64,000 nucleotides of DNA. It comes from a virus (lineage: Duplodnaviria > Caudoviricetes). Under the pieces are notes generated by a model. That model saw nothing but the letters and a program-made list of their open reading frames with translations. It made no database searches and was not told the DNA's origin. Where the stretch lies: IMG/VR virus record IMGVR_UViG_3300050159_000048. One strand, 5' to 3'. Made by a program: the position numbers and the translations under genes. This document shows positions 1 through 9,482 of this stretch, piece by piece. Every line of letters starts with the position of its first letter. Positions within the stretch are counted from its first letter, which is position 1.

Positions 1-2827
1 ACAAGCTGTCAACGAACAGACTTTGCTTGCTCGGAGGTCGCTTGTTGATTGCCTTCAGGATGTTAGCCAACGGGTTGTCAACGAGTCGCTCGATGTGGGC
101 GTCCACATCCACGTTGCAGTGGATGTTAAACCAAGGTGGCACAGTCTCTGTGTCGGTCGGTAGAGCGATGCTCTTAAACCGTCCGTTCTTGTTTTTCAGG
201 TAGTACACCTTAAGCTTCATGCCTGACACAATGGGGGCACTATTCTTATCGTTGTACTGCTTGAGGCACTGATTGTAGTGAATGGCAGCAGCGACGTGAC
301 CAGGAAGGCGCGTCCCAATGTCTGCATCGTATGCAATTGAGTAATCCTCCAGCTTCTTGACACCCTTCGGTAGGCCAATTCGTAGAAGATCACCGCCAGT
401 ACCCGCGTCAGTTAGCTCCGTCTTGTAGTCCACAATCGACACAGAAATGTCTTCCCACGTCTCACCCTTCAGGTATCGCTCGATGAAACCGTTCAACTTC
501 TTGGAGACGTCTGCGGGGAGGGTTGTCTTCTTGGTATCAAGACCCATCACCTTCATCTTATCGACTGGCTTACCGTCCAAGTCAACCAAGTGAAGAATGT
601 ACCGCTTCTTATCAACGAAGATGCCCTTATCAGACACAATTTCACGGCCTGCTTTAATAATGTCATCATAGCCGGGAGTGCACAAAAAAGTGTTACGCAT
701 GAAGTCCGGATACGACTTGTTGACAATGTCAGCGACCATATCAGCGACCTTAATCGCTTCTTCCTGCGAAGTCGCAAATGTGCGGAAATACGTGGAGTCA
801 GTGTCTCCGTAAATGACAGCTTCTGAGTGATGTTTCCCGTTGAATACTGGACCATCCATGGAGATCAGACGCGCTTCTTCCTCCGTATAACCGCTTTCCA
901 TTGCGTCCTTCAACGTCTCGTATAGCGGGAATTCGGAATCGTAACTATCCCCCAATGCTTCCGCAGCCGTCCGGCATTGGTGCTTCAGGATGATACGTCC
1001 AGAGCCAGTGGTAGATTCACCCAACCGCAAGTCGTAGAATCGGAAGTACAGATTAGTAAGTGCGCCGTATAAGCTGTTCAGCTTGATCTTGTACACATAC
1101 TGCAGCCGGTCGTAGTAGCCCGCCTTTTCGTAATCTCCTACGTCTCCAGCTTCCTTCTTCATCTTCTGGTACTTCTTACGTAGGTCGTACCAGTTAGCCA
1201 ACAGTCCTGGGATAAAGCCTTGCTTCGTCTGGTCAAACACCGTACCGTAACCTGAAATAGCCCAGTTACGCTCTGCTAACCAGTCACGCCATTCACTCGC
1301 AGGCATCGTCAGCTCGGATTTATCATGCTCAAGCACCATCGTACATAGTTTGAAGCTACCCGCCGCAATTTCAATGAAGTCCTTGACGTCACTCTTGAAC
1401 TGACCTCGTAGCGTCTCAGGCGAAATGTTCAGAGATCGAATAGCAGACGGATACAGTGAGTTAATGTCGATCGATCCAACCCATTCATGCAATCCAATCT
1501 GCGGGAACAGCACCAGAGCTCCGTCAATCGAGCGGTCGACCTCTGGCTCAGTCACATTGTTGACCACGCGGCGGAGTTCGTGGTGGCAATAGTTGACTAG
1601 CGCCAATTCAGCAAGTTTCAGAGTGCCGAGAACGTGAGGCATCAGACCTGTTGACAGGTGGTAGTTCACGTTAGCAATGTCGATGTATCCCAGCTTCTGT
1701 TCGAATCCGTACAGGATCTCAGTATCTCGGATGTTGTATCGCACGAAGAACGGGAAGTTTTCACGGTACAATTCACGCAATGTCTTTTCGTACGTTAGCT
1801 TAGGCAGCGTTGGTTCACCGGTCTTATCATCAACCAGGACTTCTTCAGAGATCGCTTCCAACTTATACGACGGCTTTTCGCCTGGTTCGTACTTCTTAAC
1901 CAAGTTCATGTAGTCGATGCGAATACGACCAACGAGGTCGAGCGTATTGCCCATCAACTTTCCGTTTTCCTTGTTCTGCACAGCTCGGAACGTAGGGCTT
2001 CCATGCATCGGAAAATCGAGACGTTTGAGCCAGCGATACTGTCCTTGCTTTGCGATTGCAGGGTTCGGATTCTGAGCGTATGTAAGGGACAGCTTGCCGG
2101 TGTACTCATTGATTGACTCAGCAGTCTCCAGCGACACTTCTTGGTTATCTAGAACGCGCACAATTCGTTGCGCAGTATATGGAACGTCGAAGAAGTCACT
2201 GTTCCAGCCGCCGATGACGTCACTCTGCTCAATTTCAACGAGAAAGTTCATGAGGAGTTCACGCTCATCCGCACACACAACATATCGAATGCGAAGGTTC
2301 GACATGATCGGGGCATCAGGAGCGCACGTATCAACCTCACGACGGAGGCGCTCCTCATCCCACCCCTCTTCGGGCGGAACGCACAACACAACAATCTCTT
2401 TCTTCCAGCAATGGATCAGTGAGACGGAGTTGATTGGGGCATACGGATTCGTAGCCACCATGTCTTGCACCGTGACGCCCATCTCCGGGTCGTAATCCAC
2501 CTCGATGTCAAACAGCGTTACGTTCAGCTTCGGAGCAGGAATACCGTAATAGTGGTTGGATAACACACGCATCTCGGGGGGAACGTCAGATTCCCACGTG
2601 CGAACACGCCGGACGTCAAATTCCTTCTTGGCAGCGTAGTATTCCGACGACGTGTCGAACTCAGCCTTCGACACTCTTGTGTCGTAGATGGTACGATACT
2701 CCCCATCCTCGTCGTCATAGTAGAAGTAGTACGGAGCAGGGTAGTCTGTGACGATTCGCTCCGTTTCAGACAATCGTTCCCACACGTAAACGCGATTGTT
2801 CTTTGTTACTGCAGAGATATAACTCAT
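1..2827 (-). CDS. Family B DNA polymerase (T4 gp43-like), 3' end outside window
   Basis: Manual translation from ATG 2827 stays open to position 1: exonuclease motifs FDIE and GWNSDFFD, polymerase motifs DINSLYPS, KIKLNSLYG, YGDTDS, KKRY. Missing from ORF track because there is no stop in the window. Confidence 0.97.
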   Translation of the reverse strand, partial: MSYISAVTKNNRVYVWERLSETERIVTDYPAPYYFYYDDEDGEYRTIYDTRVSKAEFDTSSEYYAAKKEFDVRRVRTWESDVPPEMRVLSNHYYGIPAPKLNVTLFDIEVDYDPEMGVTVQDMVATNPYAPINSVSLIHCWKKEIVVLCVPPEEGWDEERLRREVDTCAPDAPIMSNLRIRYVVCADERELLMNFLVEIEQSDVIGGWNSDFFDVPYTAQRIVRVLDNQEVSLETAESINEYTGKLSLTYAQNPNPAIAKQGQYRWLKRLDFPMHGSPTFRAVQNKENGKLMGNTLDLVGRIRIDYMNLVKKYEPGEKPSYKLEAISEEVLVDDKTGEPTLPKLTYEKTLRELYRENFPFFVRYNIRDTEILYGFEQKLGYIDIANVNYHLSTGLMPHVLGTLKLAELALVNYCHHELRRVVNNVTEPEVDRSIDGALVLFPQIGLHEWVGSIDINSLYPSAIRSLNISPETLRGQFKSDVKDFIEIAAGSFKLCTMVLEHDKSELTMPASEWRDWLAERNWAISGYGTVFDQTKQGFIPGLLANWYDLRKKYQKMKKEAGDVGDYEKAGYYDRLQYVYKIKLNSLYGALTNLYFRFYDLRLGESTTGSGRIILKHQCRTAAEALGDSYDSEFPLYETLKDAMESGYTEEEARLISMDGPVFNGKHHSEAVIYGDTDSTYFRTFATSQEEAIKVADMVADIVNKSYPDFMRNTFLCTPGYDDIIKAGREIVSDKGIFVDKKRYILHLVDLDGKPVDKMKVMGLDTKKTTLPADVSKKLNGFIERYLKGETWEDISVSIVDYKTELTDAGTGGDLLRIGLPKGVKKLEDYSIAYDADIGTRLPGHVAAAIHYNQCLKQYNDKNSAPIVSGMKLKVYYLKNKNGRFKSIALPTDTETVPPWFNIHCNVDVDAHIERLVDNPLANILKAINKRPPSKQSLFVDSL

Positions 2828-2914
2828 TTTTTCCTTTCTATCACCTGTCATTATCACGTCGAGGGTTGGGTCAAATCAAGCGCGGATGTGACAGGGGAGC
2901 TATTTATCACGCAT

Positions 2915-2945
2915 AAAAAAAGAGCCCCTTTCGGGGCTCTTTTTA
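2915..2945. terminator. Intrinsic terminator (bidirectional shape)
   Basis: aaaaaagagcccc-tttc-ggggctcttttt. Confidence 0.85.
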
Positions 2946-3302
2946 TTCATCAGACTTGTCTAAGGGGTCGTTATGCCCACCAACATCGTCGGGGTCGCGC
3001 AGCTTCCCTTCAATGACGGTTTCGTACAGCGTCTCGAAGTGGCGATTTTCCTCGAGCATAGATCCGTAGTTGTGCTTGTACATCGTGGCAGCAATCTTAC
3101 GAACCAGCTTCTTGTCAACACCGTATTCAGCAGCAATGTCTGCAACCGATTCCTTCATACCTTCCTTCAGATCGTCGATTTGTTGGTGGTAATGAGTCAC
3201 AGTGGCCAGTGCTGACTTGAACTTCTTGCGAATTTCCGGATCAGCCAGAATGTTGCCCTTGTTGTTATCGTCTGCGGAACGTGCTTTTACTGGTTTAACC
3301 AT
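2943..3302 (-). CDS. dsbA: T4 DsbA-like double-stranded DNA binding protein
   Basis: Helical 119 aa protein with IDDLKEGMKESVADIAAEYGVDKKLVRKIAATMYK..ETLYETV resembling T4 DsbA pattern. Confidence 0.65.
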   Translation of the reverse strand: MVKPVKARSADDNNKGNILADPEIRKKFKSALATVTHYHQQIDDLKEGMKESVADIAAEYGVDKKLVRKIAATMYKHNYGSMLEENRHFETLYETVIEGKLRDPDDVGGHNDPLDKSDE

Positions 3303-3338
3303 GATTTCTCCTTATTGTTATAGTCTAATCTTAGTGGG

Positions 3339-4052
3339 TCAAATACGTTGCGACAACAGGCCGTGTTTTTTGTTAAACGGCTGAACTTGCTTTGTAATCA
3401 AGCTCCGTACGCCTACAACGTAGGCGTATTGGGCTGGTGAGCGTAGATGTTCCACGTTACCGATGCCCATATTGTATGCTGCTACTGCCTTATCCCAGTT
3501 GCCGTTGCATAGGTCAAAGTACAACTTGAAATGCATTGCAGCGATTCGAATGTTTGCCTCGTCATTGTTTAGTAGCAAGGCTACGATCTCATCGTTGGTG
3601 ACTTTATCGTATGGTTTGTGGGGGAAGTAAACTTTCGCAACTTGGGGGTTGCGCTGCAAAACTGACCGTGCTGCAACCACTTGAACTTGCATCAATCCGT
3701 ATGATCGCTTGCTTGCTGCTGCTCCGCGGTTACCGATCGGGTCGCTCTGGCCACCCTTAGTTTCACGCAGCAAGATAGCTTGCAGGGTTTCTGGATGTCC
3801 TACCTCACTTCCAATCTGAAACACTCTCTTCATGTTGTCTACAGCAGTTCGCGTAAACGCTTGGAGTTGTGTTGTGGTTTCTGGCTGTGTACGCGTTGGT
3901 GTACGCACAACAGTTGCTTGTGGCTCTGCTACTACAACTTCTGGCAGCGCTGATTCAGTGGATGCTGAACCTTCTGCATATGCGAATGATTCAGTCATCA
4001 TCAACACGAATAGCAACAGAGACGCGGTTATTCGATGATTGCTCATCTTCAT
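3339..4052 (-). CDS. Lytic transglycosylase (SLT domain) with N-terminal signal/TM segment
   Basis: AILLRETKGG catalytic Glu, SYGLMQV, AVAAYNMG motifs; hydrophobic N-terminus. Confidence 0.9.
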   Translation of the reverse strand: MKMSNHRITASLLLFVLMMTESFAYAEGSASTESALPEVVVAEPQATVVRTPTRTQPETTTQLQAFTRTAVDNMKRVFQIGSEVGHPETLQAILLRETKGGQSDPIGNRGAAASKRSYGLMQVQVVAARSVLQRNPQVAKVYFPHKPYDKVTNDEIVALLLNNDEANIRIAAMHFKLYFDLCNGNWDKAVAAYNMGIGNVEHLRSPAQYAYVVGVRSLITKQVQPFNKKHGLLSQRI

Positions 4053-4101
4053 TCCTTTCGTCAAAAGTTATACCCTCCTGGTATTACTACCAAGAAGGGC
4101 G

Positions 4102-4130
4102 ATTATAGTTGAGATAGGGAGTTAAATCAA
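4102..4130 (-). promoter_or_regulatory. Sigma70-like promoter
   Basis: TTGATT-17-TATAAT upstream of SLT gene. Confidence 0.7.
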
Positions 4131-4759
4131 CTGGGTTGGTTTAGGTATGGTCCAAACCAAGTCGTATAGTTACCAGGGAAGCTACCTGGATTATACATAT
4201 ACGGCGTTTTAGCTACGATGTGGAATCGTGCTTGAAAGAGGTCACCCGCAAACACCTCTGTGGTGTTATTTATGAAGTGAGGATCACTGGGGAACACGAT
4301 TAGTGTGCCACGCTGCGGATTAAATCCGAAATGATGTTGAACAAACTCAAGTTTGCCGCCATATACATCAAATTCCTGTTCAAACGGAGTATTTTCTTGA
4401 TAATCTGACAGGAATAGAACTGCTGTCAGATCGCGAGCATTTGTGCGAACCCACTTGCCTCGTAAGTGCTCACTGTTCTCAGCCCGGAAGGTGCCAGAAC
4501 TTCCCGCAGGAAACCACTCAAATTCAACACTCTCCGTGCCACGGTACAGCATCTGATAGTGCCCTTGGATTTCGGGCAGTAACATAAGCAGCCGCTCATA
4601 AATCAAACCTTCAGCAGTTTCCGACCGTTTGGTCGTCTTCACATACTTCCCGTCCTTGTTTTGATCAGGGACATTGAAATCCACAATATCAACAATATCT
4701 TCACACATCAGAGGAGAAATGAACTCCTCAACAACATAAAACGGAGACTTATTCATCAT
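4127..4759 (-). CDS. 2OG-Fe(II) oxygenase-fold protein with degenerate metal ligands
   Basis: RDLTAVLFLSDY, GGKLEF, P.RGTLIVFPS fold motifs; HxD...H...R positions appear substituted. Confidence 0.7.
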   Translation of the reverse strand: MMNKSPFYVVEEFISPLMCEDIVDIVDFNVPDQNKDGKYVKTTKRSETAEGLIYERLLMLLPEIQGHYQMLYRGTESVEFEWFPAGSSGTFRAENSEHLRGKWVRTNARDLTAVLFLSDYQENTPFEQEFDVYGGKLEFVQHHFGFNPQRGTLIVFPSDPHFINNTTEVFAGDLFQARFHIVAKTPYMYNPGSFPGNYTTWFGPYLNQPS

Positions 4760-5291
4760 TATGGACTTTGAGAGTATTCAGGTACGTAACCAATTCCGGA
4801 ATAGTTACATTATGTTTTGCTAGAATTTGAACAGCTTCCATGATTTGCATATCGCGATCAATATTGGCGGCAGATTCGGAAGTTGGGGCGTCCGCCTCAT
4901 CCTGATTTGGGTTAATCAGGAAGTTACCTGCTTGCAGGATATTCTGACCGACAAGGATTGCTGTATCCATGTGTGAGCGATCATTCAAGTTGAACGTAGC
5001 AGCCTTGAGTTGAACTCCTTCAATTTCAACATCCAACCGCACCATTGGTCGATGCTCTCCACCGTGGTCTGCAGAATGCACTTCCTGTGTCCCGTCGACG
5101 TCAAGCGTGATTTGGTTCTTGGATAGCTGTGGACATACAAAAGTAACCGTTCCACGCTTTTCGTCCATCTGGATATTCTCAGCGTGGAGTGATGAGGTTG
5201 TTGCCCCAGTGTCAACCTTCCCCTCAAGGGAGCGACCCAATTGTAAGAAATTCACTGTTACACTGTTGCCAATTACCTTGTTGTTCATCAT
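4749..5291 (-). CDS. Retropepsin-like aspartic peptidase (RimK-associated 'Zn protease' family)
   Basis: GKVDTGATTSSLHA, RPMVRL, FNLNDRSHM...ILVGQN. Confidence 0.85.
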   Translation of the reverse strand: MMNNKVIGNSVTVNFLQLGRSLEGKVDTGATTSSLHAENIQMDEKRGTVTFVCPQLSKNQITLDVDGTQEVHSADHGGEHRPMVRLDVEIEGVQLKAATFNLNDRSHMDTAILVGQNILQAGNFLINPNQDEADAPTSESAANIDRDMQIMEAVQILAKHNVTIPELVTYLNTLKVHNDE

Positions 5292-5956
5292 TACACTCCA
5301 TACGTTTTGTGATACGTATTTATGCGTCGAAGAAGTGGCTCAATGTATGGCTCAATCGGTTGCTTGAATATCAACGGTACAGCTCCTCGTTCGCTGCTCA
5401 TGATGATCACAATTTGATCAATTTGAATGCCATACCGCTCCAGATACATCAATGCATACGCTGTTGTCTGTAGGAAATAGTCACCAATCATCGATTGCTT
5501 CTTATCGGTTGTTGATGTTTTGAAGTCGATGATTGCGGGCACTCCGTCGTATTCGCCAATACAATCAACACGCCCAGCAACACGCATTACATCACTCCAC
5601 AGCGCGGATTCTTGAGTGTGAATGTTATTGATCCGCTTTAGATGGACCTTCAGCATGTTGAAGTCTGGAATGTGGGCCGGTAACATATCGCGAGTAGGAT
5701 CTACCTCATTGTTGAGGTACCGCTCCACCATCAAGTGAACTGCTGACCCTCGGTCGGCTGCTCGCTTCATTTCAGCGTCTGCTCGATCTGCGCCCATACT
5801 GTCACGCCACTCTCGAAGCCACGGTTTGTCACCAGCTCCCAAAATGGTGGTAATTGACGGATACTTGTTGCCTTCTGGCGTCAAATAAAAACGCCCGTTA
5901 GGACCCTCTTCTGTGTTGAGGTTAACGGGCGTGATGTTGTTGAGATGCGTGAACAT
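5291..5956 (-). CDS. PD-(D/E)XK (Cas4-like) exonuclease
   Basis: YPSITTIL, RGSAVH, AGRVDC, IIDFKTS, QTTAY. Confidence 0.88.
   Translation of the reverse strand: MFTHLNNITPVNLNTEEGPNGRFYLTPEGNKYPSITTILGAGDKPWLREWRDSMGADRADAEMKRAADRGSAVHLMVERYLNNEVDPTRDMLPAHIPDFNMLKVHLKRINNIHTQESALWSDVMRVAGRVDCIGEYDGVPAIIDFKTSTTDKKQSMIGDYFLQTTAYALMYLERYGIQIDQIVIIMSSERGAVPLIFKQPIEPYIEPLLRRINTYHKTYGV
5317..5324 (-). promoter_or_regulatory. T4-like late promoter CATAAATA
   Basis: 26 nt upstream of peptidase start. Confidence 0.55.
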
Positions 5957-5966
5957 AATGTCCTAA

Positions 5967-6284
5967 TTATGCGACGCCACCTCCTGGGGTTGCAGCACCG
6001 GCACTGCCGGGAGTTGTCGTCATCGTGCGAGCCTGGGCATTTGGTGCTCCAGGTTGTGGAGTTTGAGCGTTTGGAGTTGCTCCGGAACGCTTGTCTTCCA
6101 TTTGTTTTTGCTTAGCCTTCAATGCGAGCATCTTAGACAATTGTTGCTTACGTTGAAGCAGCGGTGCAGTACGTTGGTTGATCTGAGCATCAATTTGAGC
6201 CATATCCGTGGAGATTTTGTCAATCTCAGCTTGCAGATCCTCATCCAGTCTAGTCAAAAACTGCTTAAAAGACAACTGGGTCAT
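5967..6284 (-). CDS. Hypothetical coiled-coil protein, possible internal head protein
   Basis: N-terminus SFKQFLTRLDE resembles T4-type capsid targeting sequence. Confidence 0.55.
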   Translation of the reverse strand: MTQLSFKQFLTRLDEDLQAEIDKISTDMAQIDAQINQRTAPLLQRKQQLSKMLALKAKQKQMEDKRSGATPNAQTPQPGAPNAQARTMTTTPGSAGAATPGGGVA

Positions 6285-7405
6285 TACTTAACCCTCCCGA
6301 TGATGTACTGAGCAATGTCGTGTGGGCGGAGACGACCCTTAGGAACATTCAACTTCTTGGTTGGGCGAAGCTTTGATACACCCGGAGCGCGATGCGTTTC
6401 TTCCTCTTCATGTGACGACATGGAGATTGGCTCTAGGCTGTCATCGTCTTGATCACCGCCGCCGTCTCGTTGGCCCATCTCATGTTTGAATTTGGCCAGC
6501 TGAGCCAAACGCTTAGCTTCGCGGTCTTCATCCTTGCGCGCCTTGTTGTATGTTTCCATGTCAAGGTACTGTTCTTCTTGCTTGACGCGAGACATTGCTT
6601 GAGCTACGATGGCATCAGCTTCCTTGGCCTTGGCTTCAGCCTCTTTGGCGCGAGCCTCAGCCTTGCGTGCTTCCGCGTCAGCCTTCATCATGTCAATCAC
6701 TTGGGTGAGCAAGTCCTGAACCTGACCATCTCCAGCGCCACCCGTATCCATGCCCATATCCATGTCAGCTGATGGGTCAAGATCGAGATCACCGCCTTCT
6801 GGGTCCGGTTCTTGGCCTTCACCACCCGCAAGTTGTGCTTCTTGCTCCTCATCTTCAGCGATTTCCGGCCACTGAACGTCAACAATGTTGAACTGGTCCT
6901 TTAGCTGGAACAAGATTTCTGCAATTTCGGGGACATCCTCGTCTGTACCTTCACGATCCATCAAGAACGATTCTAGGGCACGCTCAAAATCATCAGCTTC
7001 TTCAGATTGAACAACAACACGGATCAATCCACCGTTATCGTCTTGCAAGCCAAACGTTACTGTATTGCGGTTGTCTGTTGTTTCACGCTTTTCCAAACCC
7101 TTCAGCTTGCCGATTAGGCTGTCACGATCAAAGTTGTTGGTGTTACCTTCGTCTTCGTCGGGATTTGCCAGGTCTTCGGAAACAATGTTGAATGCTTCAC
7201 GAAGCTTGGTGGTCTTGGTGATTTTCTTGGCTTTGGGTTTGGTGCTAGGCTCAACAATTGGTTCTGCGACCTTTGGTTTCGCGCGCCGTACCATTTGGGC
7301 AAACAGAGGCGTGCCCGCAGAGGCAATTGAGCCCCCGCTGACTGCACCCATTGCTGCTTCTTCCGATACCATGGGGCGTGTGTTGAGTTTTTTGATTAGG
7401 TTCAT
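6284..7405 (-). CDS. Acidic hypothetical late protein (possible head core/internal protein)
   Basis: Start at MNLIKK after GAGG SD and late promoter; very acidic, coiled-coil C-terminus. Confidence 0.65.
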   Translation of the reverse strand: MNLIKKLNTRPMVSEEAAMGAVSGGSIASAGTPLFAQMVRRAKPKVAEPIVEPSTKPKAKKITKTTKLREAFNIVSEDLANPDEDEGNTNNFDRDSLIGKLKGLEKRETTDNRNTVTFGLQDDNGGLIRVVVQSEEADDFERALESFLMDREGTDEDVPEIAEILFQLKDQFNIVDVQWPEIAEDEEQEAQLAGGEGQEPDPEGGDLDLDPSADMDMGMDTGGAGDGQVQDLLTQVIDMMKADAEARKAEARAKEAEAKAKEADAIVAQAMSRVKQEEQYLDMETYNKARKDEDREAKRLAQLAKFKHEMGQRDGGGDQDDDSLEPISMSSHEEEETHRAPGVSKLRPTKKLNVPKGRLRPHDIAQYIIGRVK

Positions 7406-7430
7406 GAGCCGTCCTCGTATTAGTGTCGGG

Positions 7431-7438
7431 TATTTATG
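7431..7438 (-). promoter_or_regulatory. Late promoter CATAAATA
   Basis: 26 nt upstream of ATG 7405. Confidence 0.6.
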
Positions 7439-7450
7439 GACGGCAAAAGG

Positions 7451-7475
7451 AAAAGCCCGCACAAGGCGGGCTTTT
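7451..7475 (-). terminator. Intrinsic terminator
   Basis: aaaagcccgc-acaag-gcgggctttt after 7482 gene. Confidence 0.8.
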
Positions 7476-7481
7476 GTTGAG

Positions 7482-7778
7482 TTAGCGAAGACCGCTCTGC
7501 TTGAACGCTCGCCATTTCGGCTCAATCTTGTCACCTGTGGTATGTTCTACCCAAGTTTCGAAGTTGAACATCGTGGACATCATGCGGTCACGGTACTCAC
7601 GGTACTCTGCGTGCAGCTTCGCGATGCGCTCACGTTCAGCTGGCTCCACATCCGACAAGTCGATCGCACGAATCAAATCCGACGGCAGAGACACTGGCAG
7701 AATGACGCGGGTAGTGACATCCTGCTTGCCTTGACTTTCGTACACAATAGACGTGATTTGGTTCTCGGTCAGATTCAT
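7482..7778 (-). CDS. Hypothetical protein
   Basis: ORF coupled (ATGA) in minus-strand operon. Confidence 0.65.
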   Translation of the reverse strand: MNLTENQITSIVYESQGKQDVTTRVILPVSLPSDLIRAIDLSDVEPAERERIAKLHAEYREYRDRMMSTMFNFETWVEHTTGDKIEPKWRAFKQSGLR

Positions 7779-8059
7779 TCTGCCGCTCCCTCAGCACCGT
7801 CGTTGGCAGCGGGTAGGAGGCCCAGGTTCTGCGCCTTTTGCATGGCTTCTTCACGCTCCTGCTTCAGCATCTGAACCAGAGCGGTTTGAGCGTCGCGCAG
7901 CGCGCTTCGCACCATCAGCAGGTCAGACGACAGGTCCGCCTCCTTCTGACGCCAATCGTCAAAGAAGCCAACGAGCTGCTGCACTTGTTCGCTCATCTTG
8001 GCAACTTCATAGGTTGCATCGTCAAGTTGAATGGTCAGGGTGGGTTGTACGGGTTTCAT
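7775..8059 (-). CDS. Hypothetical coiled-coil protein
   Basis: GGAG SD, operon position after helicase. Confidence 0.65.
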   Translation of the reverse strand: MKPVQPTLTIQLDDATYEVAKMSEQVQQLVGFFDDWRQKEADLSSDLLMVRSALRDAQTALVQMLKQEREEAMQKAQNLGLLPAANDGAEGAAE

Positions 8060-8078
8060 ATAGTTCTCCTAGGAAATT

Positions 8079-9431
8079 TTACTGGCCGTCGCCAGTATCA
8101 AACAGATCATCCCAACCACGCTTAGTGGATTGGTTCTTTTTGATTTTGTTGGGGTCGATCACACCATCGTCATCGACCGGGTCGGCGTCTCGATTAAGAA
8201 TGCGTAGGAAGCCGTTGTCCCACTTGAGGAACAGTTGCTTACCGACAGCGTCGCTACTGCGGGACTTAAGGAAGACAAATCCAATTTCTCCTGCCGCCTT
8301 CATGGTTGCATTCATAATGATCGACACATACCAGTCAACGGTATTCACTTTACTGATACCGCCTGCGATGTGTCCCTGATTTAGTTCTTGTGCATCAATA
8401 GCTGAACGGTTCTGCTGCGATGCGGTTGCTCCGAACATATTGAAGTCAAACAAAATGTCGCGCAGCTGTTCTGTGGCACGCTTATCCTTTTCAAACACGT
8501 TATCGGCTGATACATGTTCATTAGCCCCCATCAGGTCGAGATAGTCAACGACTATCATATCGGGGACATACCCATGAACGAGCTCAAACTCCTTTAGATA
8601 CGCGCGAATGCGGTTGCTGTTAGTGCCAACAGGCATCCGCTTAATCGTCAGCTTGCCCATCTGTGGAGCAACAAGGTTAATCGTTTGAGCGATCTCATCC
8701 TTGTGTTGTGCCCAAATAACCGACGACACGCCCGACAGCATCTGGTCAAACCGCTGTGCGATCATTTCTTCGGAGAGTTCCAAAGAAAGATACAGCACGT
8801 TCATCTTCTCTTTGCTGCCCGGTGTCCGGGATTGCATCAGGAAGTTTAATGCTAGGTTGGCAAGCGTAATAGACTTACCACCACCTGAGTTGGCTGAGAA
8901 CAGTAGGATTTCTTTGCGTGCCAATCCACCACCAAGCAGATCATCAAATTCCTTCCAACGAGTTGGAGTGCGCAAGGGAACCCTGGATTGTTCATCGAGG
9001 CGAACATCTGGGTTCGAGAAGTAGTCCAACCCCAGGTCGCGGTTCAGAGAAATTGTGATCGCATCGCGGATTAGCTGCTCGGCCGTACCGTAGTCAACGT
9101 CCGATGCAACTTCGTTGATTAGCTTGGAAGATTTAACAATCGCTTGCTCGAATGCGCGTCGCTTGCAAAACGCTTCGATCTGGTCGGACATGAACTTGAT
9201 CTCTGCACGAGAAACGTCGTCACGAGCCTTTAGAGAGACATTGGTCTCAGCATCAATTTGAGAGGGCGTGGGGGTAGCGTTGTACTTGTCGTAGTACTCG
9301 TGGATAAAGTCCACAGTTTTGCGCAAGTCGGGGTCGAAGTAATCCGACTTGATGATGTGCTTACACAGAGCGAATGTGTCGGGTGACGACACCACATATT
9401 CAAGGAGCAATCGTTGTTTTTTGTTATTCAT
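8079..9431 (-). CDS. Replicative DnaB-like helicase (T4 gp41-like)
   Basis: Walker A ANSGGGKS, YLSLELSE, IVVDYLDL, TASQQNR, KSRSS. Confidence 0.95.
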   Translation of the reverse strand: MNNKKQRLLLEYVVSSPDTFALCKHIIKSDYFDPDLRKTVDFIHEYYDKYNATPTPSQIDAETNVSLKARDDVSRAEIKFMSDQIEAFCKRRAFEQAIVKSSKLINEVASDVDYGTAEQLIRDAITISLNRDLGLDYFSNPDVRLDEQSRVPLRTPTRWKEFDDLLGGGLARKEILLFSANSGGGKSITLANLALNFLMQSRTPGSKEKMNVLYLSLELSEEMIAQRFDQMLSGVSSVIWAQHKDEIAQTINLVAPQMGKLTIKRMPVGTNSNRIRAYLKEFELVHGYVPDMIVVDYLDLMGANEHVSADNVFEKDKRATEQLRDILFDFNMFGATASQQNRSAIDAQELNQGHIAGGISKVNTVDWYVSIIMNATMKAAGEIGFVFLKSRSSDAVGKQLFLKWDNGFLRILNRDADPVDDDGVIDPNKIKKNQSTKRGWDDLFDTGDGQ

Positions 9432-9453
9432 TAGTCATCCTCATCAGAAGGTG

Positions 9454-9482
9454 ACTATATTACAATACAGCGGTTACGTCAA
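9454..9482 (-). promoter_or_regulatory. Sigma70-like promoter
   Basis: GTTGACG-17-TATAGT upstream of helicase. Confidence 0.7.

Noticed and set aside
7065-7874. 269-aa plus-strand ORF
   Set aside because: Antisense to three coherent minus-strand genes.
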